From Candidatus Micrarchaeota archaeon CG08_land_8_20_14_0_20_59_11 (GTDB lineage: Archaea; Micrarchaeota; Micrarchaeia; Norongarragalinales; Norongarragalinaceae): 29,774 nucleotides of DNA. The number at the start of each line of letters is the position of its first letter. Positions within the stretch are counted from its first letter, which is position 1. A model generated the notes under the pieces. It saw only the letters and a program-made list of their open reading frames with translations. It had not been told where the DNA came from and did no database searches. Both the position numbers and the translations under genes were made by a program. The stretch is from contig PEXZ01000012.1 of NCBI GenBank assembly GCA_002763345.1, positions 1-29,774 on the forward strand. Reading direction: 5' to 3'. Positions 1-7,864 of the stretch are shown here, piece after piece.

Positions 1-23
1 AGACGGACGTGGTTAAAGCGTTT

Positions 24-323
24 ATGCTTCTGGTGCTGGCGTCGTGCGGGAGCGAAAAAGAGGCGGCTGCGATAGGCGAAATGCTGGTGAAGGAAAGGCT
101 CGCCGCGTGCGCGCAGGTGCTTGGAGGCGTCAGGAGCGTCTTCTTCTGGAAGGGAAAACTGGCGAAGCGAAAGGAGGCGCTGCTTCTTCTGAAGGTGGCT
201 GGCAAGGATTATCCGCGGGTTGAACGCGAAATAAAACGCGCGCATTCCTACGAAGTGCCGGAAATAGTCGCGTTCAAGGTCGGGAAGGGATACGCGCCTT
301 ATTTGCGTTGGGTTGGCGGCTAG
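24..323 (+). CDS. cutA: Divalent-cation tolerance protein CutA
   Basis: Motifs LVKERLAACAQV, S-x-F-x-WKG and HSYEVPEI are CutA-family hallmarks. The ATG at 24 (MLLVLASC) is preferred over the GTG at 9. Confidence 0.92.
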   Translation: MLLVLASCGSEKEAAAIGEMLVKERLAACAQVLGGVRSVFFWKGKLAKRKEALLLLKVAGKDYPRVEREIKRAHSYEVPEIVAFKVGKGYAPYLRWVGG

Positions 324-373
324 AAGGATGGACGGCTGCGGCAGGTTGCCCCGCCGGTCGGCATTACTTCCCG

Positions 374-1039
374 TTACGCCGACGATTGCGCCTTCCTTAT
401 GAAGTAGAAGAGCACGCCGCCGACTGCCACGATGAGAACGCCGATTGCTATCGGCAGGAGGTTGTCCTGCGGCGGCTCGGGCGCCTGCTCAACTGCCGCT
501 GGCGTCGCGGTTGCCGCGCCCTGCTGGAGCACGACTACCTGGGGCGCTTCGAACTCGTCGAGCACCTGCTTGTCGAGCTGCTTCTCGACGGTGTAAGATA
601 CCTCCTTCTCCTCGCCGGGGTTCATGTTGTCGAAGAGCCACGTGACAACTACGCTGCCTTCCTCGAAGCCCGACGGAGGCACGGTGAAATTCATGAGCTC
701 GTCCGGGCGCTGCGCAACCGCGCCGGGCAGGCGCTCCTTCAGGAGCACGTTCTTCAGCGACACGTTTCCCGTGTTCTTGATTGTTACCTTGAACGTGCTG
801 TAGTTCTTCGTCACCTTCCTGCCGAACCGGTCGGTGGTGGTTATGTTGTACGTGTTCATCTCGCGCCAGATGGTGACGTCTATGTCGAGCTTCTGGCAAA
901 CCAGCGGGGCGAGGCGCTTGGTGTAAATCTGGGTTTCGTTGAAGATGAGCGTTGCTCCCGCCGGCAGGAGCGACTCCGCCGCCATCGCTAGCGGCGCTAG
1001 AGCGAATACTGCGAAAAGGAAAAGCCACGCCCCCCTCAT
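374..1039 (-). CDS. Secreted/membrane-anchored Ig-like (DUF11-like) surface protein
   Basis: N-terminal signal peptide, a beta-rich core (KVTIKNTGNVSLKNVLLKERLP...NPGEEKEVSYTV), an A/P/T-rich linker, and a C-terminal TM helix followed by RK. Confidence 0.75.
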   Translation of the reverse strand: MRGAWLFLFAVFALAPLAMAAESLLPAGATLIFNETQIYTKRLAPLVCQKLDIDVTIWREMNTYNITTTDRFGRKVTKNYSTFKVTIKNTGNVSLKNVLLKERLPGAVAQRPDELMNFTVPPSGFEEGSVVVTWLFDNMNPGEEKEVSYTVEKQLDKQVLDEFEAPQVVVLQQGAATATPAAVEQAPEPPQDNLLPIAIGVLIVAVGGVLFYFIRKAQSSA

Positions 1040-1054
1040 GAAAAAAGAAGGCAG

Positions 1055-1068
1055 GGACGGTTTAAGAA
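1055..1068 (-). promoter_or_regulatory. Probable TATA box (leaderless promoter) of 374..1039
   Basis: Minus strand CTTTCTTAAACCGTCC lies about 22 nt upstream of the ATG at 1039. Confidence 0.45.
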
Positions 1069-1075
1069 AGTAGCG

Positions 1076-1216
1076 TTAACGGTCCGCCATGTAGATGACG
1101 AGCAGAACGAGCGCTACGAGTGCGACCGCGTCCATGCCGGACAGGAGGTTCACTATCTCGTAGCGCAAGTCCGTCAGCAACAGCGCGAAAAGAAACGCCC
1201 AGAACCAAAATCCCAT
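1076..1216 (-). CDS. Small two-TM membrane protein, 46 aa (not in ORF track)
   Basis: Hand translation MGFWFWAFLFALLLTDLRYEIVNLLSGMDAVALVALVLLVIYMADR*. The ATG is 4 nt after the stop of the 550-aa gene and the ORF fills the gap. Confidence 0.65.
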   Translation of the reverse strand: MGFWFWAFLFALLLTDLRYEIVNLLSGMDAVALVALVLLVIYMADR

Positions 1217-1220
1217 TTCA

Positions 1221-2855
1221 TCACTCGATTATGGATTTCTTTATCGTCTGCAGCTTCTCGCGGTACTCCTCCTCTTCCGTCTTGCGCCTGCCGGTAAGGA
1301 CGATGACGAGCAGCGCGACTGCGACGAGCACGGCTATGAGCAGCATGTTCTGGCTGAGCGCGGTAACCACGAATCCCGTGAGCCCCGCGGGCTTCGGCGA
1401 GATTGCGGGCAGCGCCTGTTCGCCGACGACGCGGTCGCCCGCCTTAACTATAAGGCGCGGCGCAACCGCCTCCTCCGAGGTTGTCGGCGTGATTACGACG
1501 GTGAGATTGCGCGAAGACTGCGGAGCAACTGAAACGCCGCTCTCGGCCTGCACCTTCCACGCCGAGGGTATGCCCGCGACGCTGGCGGAGACGTTGTCGA
1601 GCGAGGTGTTCAGGTCGTTGACCACGGTTACGGTGACGCGCACGGATTCCGCCTCCTGCGTCTGCGTCGCCTCCACCTTGCTCGCTGCTGAGCAGGACAC
1701 GACTTCGATTTCCGTCGTCGCCTCCGCGACCATCTTCTCCGTCTCGATGCTTGCGATGCCGACGTGCAGCGTCGTCGTTCCCTGCTTGAGCGAGGAAGCG
1801 TCTATGATTACGTCAAAGGTGCCGCGTTCGCCTGCCTGCACGGTAATGGTTTCCTGCGAGGGCGTCGCGAACGGGTCGCTCATTATTGCGTATTCGTCCC
1901 CTGCCGTTCCGAGATTCTCGGCGAGCGCCTTTATGGCGGCGCCCTGGCAGTCGGACACGCGCACGTATTTCGGCATCAGGAGCGAAGCCTCGTACTTGTC
2001 CTGCACGTTGATGCAGACGTCCTTCTCCGTTATTACGGAAACGCCGTTCAGCACCTGCAGCGTGACCCAGTAGCGTCCCGCGTCGCGTCCGGGCTGGACG
2101 TCGATGAATACGTCGGAGGCGTCGTTGCGCGTCAGCGAGACGTACTCGCTGCCGAGCATCGCGTTTATTTTATCGGTATCGCCGAGCAGGCGGAGGTCGA
2201 ACGTGCCGGCTGCGCCCCTGTTCAGGAGCGTGAGCGGGACGCGCTTCCAGTCGCCCGCGTAGAAATCAATGCATTTCTCCGCACCGGAGACGCGCACGTC
2301 GTACTCGGTGGGATCGAAGTATTTAACGTAGGTAAGCGTGCTTGAGGGCCTGCCGCGCACCAGCGGGGCGACGTACGCCTCCACGCCGAGCGAGCCGTTT
2401 ATGTGGTAGGAGCATTCCTCCGTCGGCGTCACGAACACGTGAATCGTCTTCGTGCGCTCGGCGCAGGACGTTCCGTCCGCGTTGCACGAGCGCGCCTTCA
2501 GGTAGACGTCCTCGACTCCCCTGAAGCAGTCGGGCGCGTTGAAGCGCATGAACGTAGCCTTCGCGGCGTTCGGCTGGAGCGCTGCGAAGGGCTCGTCAAT
2601 GAAAGCAGTAAGTTCGCCCACGTAGGCGGAGAAGGACACGAAGCGCGTTTCGTCGGCATTGTTGATTGCCCAGACGCGAAGTTCAGCCTGCGTGCCGGTT
2701 ATGACGGCGTAGTCCGCCTCGGCGTAGAGCGATACAACGTTCCTGCAGTCCGACTGCGGATAGCGGCAGTCCGACTCGAAGTCGTTGCCTACCGCGTTGA
2801 CTACCGCAGCGAGCACTAGAAGAGCGCCGAGCGACAGAAGCGTCAGCCTATTCAT
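1221..2855 (-). CDS. Multi-Ig-domain (CARDB/NPCBM-associated-like) cell-surface protein with C-terminal TM anchor
   Basis: Signal peptide MNRLTLLSLGALLVLAAVVNA preceded by a GGTGA SD-like motif. Repeated beta-sandwich motifs (VPLTLLNRG...F.L; VTVTVVNDL...VAGIPSAW), Cys pairs, then a TM helix followed by RRK. Confidence 0.75.
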   Translation of the reverse strand: MNRLTLLSLGALLVLAAVVNAVGNDFESDCRYPQSDCRNVVSLYAEADYAVITGTQAELRVWAINNADETRFVSFSAYVGELTAFIDEPFAALQPNAAKATFMRFNAPDCFRGVEDVYLKARSCNADGTSCAERTKTIHVFVTPTEECSYHINGSLGVEAYVAPLVRGRPSSTLTYVKYFDPTEYDVRVSGAEKCIDFYAGDWKRVPLTLLNRGAAGTFDLRLLGDTDKINAMLGSEYVSLTRNDASDVFIDVQPGRDAGRYWVTLQVLNGVSVITEKDVCINVQDKYEASLLMPKYVRVSDCQGAAIKALAENLGTAGDEYAIMSDPFATPSQETITVQAGERGTFDVIIDASSLKQGTTTLHVGIASIETEKMVAEATTEIEVVSCSAASKVEATQTQEAESVRVTVTVVNDLNTSLDNVSASVAGIPSAWKVQAESGVSVAPQSSRNLTVVITPTTSEEAVAPRLIVKAGDRVVGEQALPAISPKPAGLTGFVVTALSQNMLLIAVLVAVALLVIVLTGRRKTEEEEYREKLQTIKKSIIE

Positions 2856-2909
2856 CGATACATCACCCACCAACGTTCCTTCCTGTTACTATTCTTGAGT
2901 AACAACATA

Positions 2910-2984
2910 TATAAACCTTTCCGTCCATAGGTATACGCGGGTGTTACCCGACATGGGGGAATACAGGGAAGGGCATTTAAAAAG
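2910..2984. promoter_or_regulatory. Divergent promoter region between the surface-protein gene and trmB
   Basis: TATA-like TATAAA (about 2910-2915) and TTTAAAAA (about 2976-2983), with a central palindrome CGGGT-GTT-ACCCG at 2938-2950. Confidence 0.5.
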
Positions 2985-3014
2985 GGGAGATGCATAATGA
3001 CTTACGGGGAGAGA

Positions 3015-3761
3015 ATGGCTGCTAATCCTGATACTATAGGCGCGTTGCAGCGCCTTGGGCTCAACCAGTACGAATCCAAGGCGTATTATGCACTCAGCAT
3101 ATTCGGCGACCACACCGCGGGACGGCTCAGCGAGCGCGCGGATTTGCCGCGCCCCCGCGTCTACGACGTCCTCGAGCGCCTGCAAGACAAGGGATTCGTG
3201 CTCATTCAGAAGGGACGCCCCGTAAAATACTCGGCAATCCCGCTTTCGGAAGCGGTGCAGACGCTCAAAAAACTCAAGCAGAGCGAACTCGCCGGAGAAC
3301 TCACGCGCATCGACGAGCTTTCCGGAACGCTCCACAACAAGCTCAGGGCAACCGCAGCCGCGAACGCGCCGACGGCGGACGCGGTATGGACGCTGCACGG
3401 CCGCGAAGCCATTTATTCGAAGATAGGCGCGATGATTTCGCACGCGAAGACCCACGTCACAATCGTCTCGACGCCGGAGGGCGCGCTTAGCAAGTGGAAC
3501 GCGCACTCGAAGGAGTTGTCGAAGGCGAAAACGCGGGGCGTGGAAATCAAGTTCGTAACCCCGCTCTCGAACGACGCCGCAGGGGAACTCACTAAGATTG
3601 CGTCGCTGCACACCAAGGAGATGCCGACGCGCATGGTTCTCTCGGACGACCAGGCGCTCGTGTTCCTGAGCGACAACAAGAGCAAACCCGAGGACGAAAT
3701 CGGCGTCTGGCTGAAAAGCCCGCACATCGTCGAAACGTTCAAGCAGGCAATAGGGAAATAA
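3015..3761 (+). CDS. trmB: TrmB-family transcriptional regulator
   Basis: N-terminal wHTH (LGLNQYESKAY...LPRPRVYDVLERLQDKGFV...GRPVKY) plus a C-terminal effector/PLD-like domain. The start at 3015 follows GGGGAGA; 2997 is an alternative. Confidence 0.88.
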   Translation: MAANPDTIGALQRLGLNQYESKAYYALSIFGDHTAGRLSERADLPRPRVYDVLERLQDKGFVLIQKGRPVKYSAIPLSEAVQTLKKLKQSELAGELTRIDELSGTLHNKLRATAAANAPTADAVWTLHGREAIYSKIGAMISHAKTHVTIVSTPEGALSKWNAHSKELSKAKTRGVEIKFVTPLSNDAAGELTKIASLHTKEMPTRMVLSDDQALVFLSDNKSKPEDEIGVWLKSPHIVETFKQAIGK

Positions 3762-3770
3762 ACGGATTAT

Positions 3771-3929
3771 ATGGACTGGCTTCTCGGCGCAGCCTTGGCG
3801 GTCTGCGGATACCTTTTCCTCAGCGCGGTGCTGGAGGAGTACGATTTGGGGCTAGGCGAGATTTTCGTCGAGAAACCGCACTACGTCATTGCAGTCGCGC
3901 TCGTCGTAGCGGTGCTGGTCCTGTCCTAA
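3771..3929 (+). CDS. Small two-TM membrane protein, 52 aa (not in ORF track)
   Basis: Hand translation MDWLLGAALAVCGYLFLSAVLEEYDLGLGEIFVEKPHYVIAVALVVAVLVLS*. It starts 9 nt after the trmB stop and its stop overlaps the ftsY stop. Confidence 0.65.
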   Translation: MDWLLGAALAVCGYLFLSAVLEEYDLGLGEIFVEKPHYVIAVALVVAVLVLS

Positions 3930-5134
3930 GCCGCGATGATGCGGCTTACCAGATCCTCGGAATCGAACGCCACCAGGTTGGCGTACTCCTGGCCGGTGCC
4001 GAGAAAGAGTATCGGTATTTTGGCTTCGTAGGCGAGCGAGAGCGCGCTCCCCCCCTTCGCATCGCAGTCCAGCTTCGTCAGTATGACGCCGTCCAGCCCG
4101 ACGGCTTCCTTGAACTTCAATACCTGTTCCACGAGCGCATGCCCGGCAATTGATTCGCCGACGAAAATCTTCAGGTCGGGTTTCACGACGCGGTTGATTT
4201 TCTCCATCTCCCTGAGCAGGTTGTAGTTGGTTTCCTGCCGGCCCGCGGTGTCGATGAGAACCACGTCGATATTCTGTGCGCGGGCGTGGGTAATGGCATC
4301 GAAAGCAACCGCGGAGGGGTCGGCGCCGTAGTCGTGCTTTATCACGCGCACGCCCAATCTCCTGCCGTGCTCCTCGGACTGCTGTATCGCAGCGGCGCGG
4401 AACGTGTCCGACGCCGAGATGACGGAGGAAAGCCCGCGCTCAGAAAGGTAGCGCGATATCTTCGCAATGGTCGTCGTCTTGCCTGAGCCGTTCGGCCCGA
4501 TGAAAAGCACGACGAACGGCTTCTTCGCGGCCGCCCTCCCCGCCAAGTCAAAGGGCTTCGCGCTGAACAAATCAAGGAGAGAAGCGCGCACCTCTGCCCG
4601 TATGCTCTCGGAAAGCGCGTTCTTCGGAACCGCTTTGCCTACTAGGCGCTTGCGAAGGTCTTCCACAAGAAATTCGGCGGTGTCGAATGAAACGTCGCTT
4701 TCGAGAAGGGAAACGCGCAACTCGTCGAGCATGGGCTCCGCCTCAGCGCCGGAAATCGTGACGCTGTTCGAGAGCATGCTCCTGACGCGCGAGAATATGC
4801 CGAGCTTCGGCGCGATTTCCTTTTTCGGCTCCTCCCTCAGTTCGAATTTCGGCTCGGACGCGGGCTTGCGCTCGTGCCTGACTTCGGGAACGGGAATAAA
4901 GTGATGCACGGTTTCTTTCGGCGCCTCGACTGCCTTCTGTGGCTCGTGTTTCGGCTCCTCCTTAATCTCGGCAACAGCCTCGCGCAGAATGGCTTCCTCA
5001 ACCGCCTCTTCCTTCGGCGCAACTACGGCGGGTTTTTCCTCCGCCATGGGCTGCGGCTCCGCGGGCTTCTCCTCCCCCCTCTTGGTTAGCCCGCCTATGA
5101 AGGACTTCAGCTTGTCCTTGAGCAGCCCGAACAA
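3926..5134 (-). CDS. ftsY: Signal recognition particle receptor FtsY
   Basis: GPNGSGKTTT, DTFRAAA, DTAGR and TKLDCDAKGG motifs of SRP GTPases, plus an N-terminal amphipathic helix and an acidic linker. Confidence 0.97.
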   Translation of the reverse strand: MFGLLKDKLKSFIGGLTKRGEEKPAEPQPMAEEKPAVVAPKEEAVEEAILREAVAEIKEEPKHEPQKAVEAPKETVHHFIPVPEVRHERKPASEPKFELREEPKKEIAPKLGIFSRVRSMLSNSVTISGAEAEPMLDELRVSLLESDVSFDTAEFLVEDLRKRLVGKAVPKNALSESIRAEVRASLLDLFSAKPFDLAGRAAAKKPFVVLFIGPNGSGKTTTIAKISRYLSERGLSSVISASDTFRAAAIQQSEEHGRRLGVRVIKHDYGADPSAVAFDAITHARAQNIDVVLIDTAGRQETNYNLLREMEKINRVVKPDLKIFVGESIAGHALVEQVLKFKEAVGLDGVILTKLDCDAKGGSALSLAYEAKIPILFLGTGQEYANLVAFDSEDLVSRIIAA

Positions 5135-5138
5135 AAAA

Positions 5139-5537
5139 TCACTTCTGCAACGCTGACGCGCGCGCCTCCAGTTCCTCCATGCGCTTGCCTACGGCGGCAA
5201 AGGACGCGGACAGCTCCTCCGCCGCCTTTGTCAGCTCCTTGCGCTTTTCGGCAAGCAGCGCCTTCGCCGCCTCGGCTGTTTTCTCCGCTATGATGCGGCT
5301 TCCGATTTCGACGAGCACGCGCTTTTCGTCGGTTGCCCTGCCTTTTATGAAAACGCCGGAACCGATGGAAAACATCGCGTCCTTGGTGATTTCCGGAAGC
5401 GACTCGAGCGCCTTCGTCGTCGCATTGTTCTCCTCGATGAGCTGCCGCACCATTGCGTTCTGGCGCTCGATTTCCGCCGCCTGCGAACGGTAGAAGGACA
5501 TCTCGTAAGCGAGCTTGCGCATTTCATCTTCCGACAT
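5139..5537 (-). CDS. pfdA: Prefoldin alpha subunit
   Basis: Coiled coil-beta hairpin-coiled coil (FSIGSGVFIKG...VLVEIGS), in the conserved position upstream of ftsY. GGGGTGAT SD before the ATG at 5537. Confidence 0.93.
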   Translation of the reverse strand: MSEDEMRKLAYEMSFYRSQAAEIERQNAMVRQLIEENNATTKALESLPEITKDAMFSIGSGVFIKGRATDEKRVLVEIGSRIIAEKTAEAAKALLAEKRKELTKAAEELSASFAAVGKRMEELEARASALQK

Positions 5538-6204
5538 CCGAATCACCCCGAAGCGCCTGGTAGATGCGCTGCACCTCGTAGCCCGTCGTGCTTTCGCCGA
5601 TGAGCGCGCCGCGGCTGTTCGCCACGATTCCGAGGGAACCGAAGGGCACTCCCCCGTTGCAGGTGCCGATGCCGCCCATCACGCCGAATATCTTCTCCAG
5701 GAACTTCAGTTCGGTTTCGCTGGTTTCGTTGTAAGCCAGAAAACCCCTGTTGGTCACGACGCTTGACGCGCCGACTGTCGCGAGCCCAGCGAGCGACTGC
5801 TGGAACACCTCCACGCCGAGGCTGTCGCCGATTTTCTTCGCATCCGCTTTAGAGAAGAGCGGGCTCACGAGCGCCGCCCTGTCGTTGGCGAGAATCGCGT
5901 TTCCGGGGGATACCGGGCCCGAAATCACGCAGACGTTCAGCCCCGCCTTCTTCAAGAGCGAGCGTTCCTGGGCGTCGGAGGAATGCGGAATCACGCAGCC
6001 CTTCGAATTCAGGGCGCAGAGCACGCCGATAATCGGCGACTCGTTTATGAAAAGCCTGACTACTTGCCCGACTCCCAGCACCCTGTGGAGCTGCTCGTCG
6101 ACGTGCGGGGAAAGCGTCTTCGGAACAATCGCGAGCGAGTCGCTGGCGCGCAGATAAATACCTACGAAGGGATTGCGATGGATGCCGGACTTTTCAATCT
6201 TCAT
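5524..6204 (-). CDS. eif6: Translation initiation factor aIF6
   Basis: NPFVGIY, GNAILANDRAALVSP, GT.N.G.P..G.VAN.RGALIG..TTG.E motifs, in the expected operon context. Confidence 0.95.
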   Translation of the reverse strand: MKIEKSGIHRNPFVGIYLRASDSLAIVPKTLSPHVDEQLHRVLGVGQVVRLFINESPIIGVLCALNSKGCVIPHSSDAQERSLLKKAGLNVCVISGPVSPGNAILANDRAALVSPLFSKADAKKIGDSLGVEVFQQSLAGLATVGASSVVTNRGFLAYNETSETELKFLEKIFGVMGGIGTCNGGVPFGSLGIVANSRGALIGESTTGYEVQRIYQALRGDSDVGR

Positions 6205-6647
6205 TGCAGCGTCGTCTCGCTCGCCGCATCCTGCTGGATGCGGCCAACAAGGACGAGGCCTTCCTTATCCTTCGTCGCGGAGATGCGCAGGCGCCTGCTT
6301 TTCGCGGCTTCCGCGGCGAGTTCTGGCGCGATGCGTATCTTCGCCGACTTCATGTGCTTGGAAACGAACTGCCTGAGCAGGCGGACCGCGGAGCGCTGGT
6401 GCCTCGGCTCGGGCTTGCGGAACGCCTCCGACAAATCCACGACGTAGAGGCGCTGGAGGACTATCTCCCTCTTCTTTTCTTCGCCCTCCTTCTTCTCGCC
6501 CTTCTTTTCCTCGCGGTGCTCGGGTTTCACGCGCTTGCCCTTGTCCTCGGCGGTTTTCTCCTCCTCAACTGGCTTGCCTTCCTCCGCCTCCTTCTCCTTG
6601 CGCTTCTCCTCGACCGGCTTGAACACCTTTTCCTCGTCTGCAACCAT
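6201..6647 (-). CDS. rpl31e: 50S ribosomal protein L31e with long charged N-terminal extension
   Basis: Core RLYVVDL...AVRLLRQFVSKHMK...I.I.PEL, positioned between rpl39e and eif6. Confidence 0.85.
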   Translation of the reverse strand: MVADEEKVFKPVEEKRKEKEAEEGKPVEEEKTAEDKGKRVKPEHREEKKGEKKEGEEKKREIVLQRLYVVDLSEAFRKPEPRHQRSAVRLLRQFVSKHMKSAKIRIAPELAAEAAKSRRLRISATKDKEGLVLVGRIQQDAASETTLQ

Positions 6648-6648
6648 G

Positions 6649-6813
6649 TTAATCCACCTTGAGCTTCAGCTTGCGCCTGCGCCAGTTGCGCTGCTTCGTG
6701 TTGCGCATCACGCGGCGCGCGGTCTTCGCTATGACGAATATCGGCATGCGCCTGTTCTGCTTCATCTTCTTTGCGAGTTTCCGCTTCAACGCGGGCGATT
6801 TGTTCCTCGGCAT
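6649..6813 (-). CDS. rpl39e: 50S ribosomal protein L39e (not in ORF track)
   Basis: Hand translation MPRNKSPALKRKLAKKMKQNRRMPIFVIAKTARRVMRNTKQRNWRRRKLKLKVD* (54 aa), with the KQNR.P.(W/F)V..KT and R.WRR.KL motifs. Confidence 0.95.
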   Translation of the reverse strand: MPRNKSPALKRKLAKKMKQNRRMPIFVIAKTARRVMRNTKQRNWRRRKLKLKVD

Positions 6814-6826
6814 CCGTACCACCCTA

Positions 6827-7150
6827 CTATTTTGAAATGCGCGTTATCTTCGTCTCGCGCCTGTTCGAAACGATTTTCCCTATGAGCTGCTGGAGCGCCT
6901 CCTCCGAGAGCTTCCCGCGAAGCTGCCCGTTCTGGTAGAGGTAAATGACGAGCGACGCGAGCTGCTGGTACGTCTGCGGACTCGCCGCGCGGATATTCGC
7001 CAAGCGCTCGTACGCCGCAGGTTCGAGAAGCTGCTTCAGCGTCTCCCGCCTCTGCAACTCCGCGATGCGCTCCTTCCTCGCCTCCTCAAGCGCCTTTTCG
7101 TAGGCGCTCGCGTTCCCTTCCTCACCTTCTTCCGTCATCTCGCTCATCAA
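6827..7150 (-). CDS. PDCD5-like DNA-binding protein (DUF122)
   Basis: LKQLLEPAAYERLANIR...LIYLYQNGQL.GKLSEE.L..L is typical of the PDCD5/TFAR19 family, and the gene lies downstream of rps19e as in other archaea. Confidence 0.9.
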   Translation of the reverse strand: MMSEMTEEGEEGNASAYEKALEEARKERIAELQRRETLKQLLEPAAYERLANIRAASPQTYQQLASLVIYLYQNGQLRGKLSEEALQQLIGKIVSNRRETKITRISK

Positions 7151-7545
7151 ACCTTTACTGCCTTGTCCAGCAGGGCTTTGCCGGCGTCAGTTATGACGCG
7201 CCCGGCCTTCTCCTTCCTGACGAACCCTGCTGCCTCCAGATGCTGGAGCCCCGCGCGGATTATCTTCCCGCCTGCCATGCGATGGTGCGCCCTGTGCACG
7301 ACGTGCTCCTTCCTGCCGCCGTACCTGTGCCTGAGGCGCCTTACGCCCGATGACTTGAAGTACAGCGTGTAGAGCAGCGACGCGCAACGGACGAACCAGA
7401 AATCCTCGTCGGCGGGAATGCGCTCGGCGTGGCTCCCGCTCTTCACGTTGTCCAGCCATTCCGGCTTTTTCACCGCCGGATTATTTTTCAGTTCCTCTGC
7501 TACCGCCTTGATAAGCGTATCCGCCTGTATGTCGGACGCCGACAA
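7147..7545 (-). CDS. rps19e: 30S ribosomal protein S19e
   Basis: KPEW...VKSGSHAER.P..EDFWFVRCASLL...GV.RLR..YGG...GGKIIR..LQ.LE..G. TTG start. Confidence 0.96.
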   Translation of the reverse strand: MSASDIQADTLIKAVAEELKNNPAVKKPEWLDNVKSGSHAERIPADEDFWFVRCASLLYTLYFKSSGVRRLRHRYGGRKEHVVHRAHHRMAGGKIIRAGLQHLEAAGFVRKEKAGRVITDAGKALLDKAVKV

Positions 7546-7550
7546 CTAAA

Positions 7551-7835
7551 TCACCTCGAATTTTTTCCAGAAATCGGAAACCTTCGGACATAATTACAGG
7601 CGAGGCAAATATATAAAGTTGCCCCTTTCGAGCGCCTGACGCGGAGCGTTCTTCCGGGAACCCAGACGGTCCCGCACCGCCGACAGAACGACTTGGAGCC
7701 GAGCGAAATCTGGTGGCGCATGGCGATTTTGCGGGCGAGCGTAATGTAGCGCTTTGAAAGTCGGGCATCCTTCTCCGCCCCCGCCAGCTTAATCAGCTTT
7801 TCACACCGTTCCTTCGCTATCTCCCGCGCGTCCAT
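7551..7835 (-). CDS. rnp4: Ribonuclease P protein component 4 (Rpp21)
   Basis: IAKERCEKL...RY..LAR.I..R plus a zinc ribbon FCRRC...CLAC; conserved position upstream of rps19e. Confidence 0.92.
   Translation of the reverse strand: MDAREIAKERCEKLIKLAGAEKDARLSKRYITLARKIAMRHQISLGSKSFCRRCGTVWVPGRTLRVRRSKGATLYICLACNYVRRFPISGKNSR
7610..7617 (-). promoter_or_regulatory. Probable internal TATA box for the rps19e operon
   Basis: TTTATATA on the minus strand inside the rnp4 3' end, about 65 nt upstream of the rps19e start. Confidence 0.45.
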
Positions 7836-7864
7836 GGGAGAAATAGGCAGCGCCTAAATAAAAG

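Noticed and set aside
331-370. Hairpin plus CGGCATTACTTC between cutA and the 374..1039 gene; the same 12-mer occurs at 25651-25662
   Set aside because: It only loosely resembles the hairpin+ATAC family (ATTAC, stem not adjacent), and the second copy has no hairpin and overlaps srp54 codons. Not enough support.
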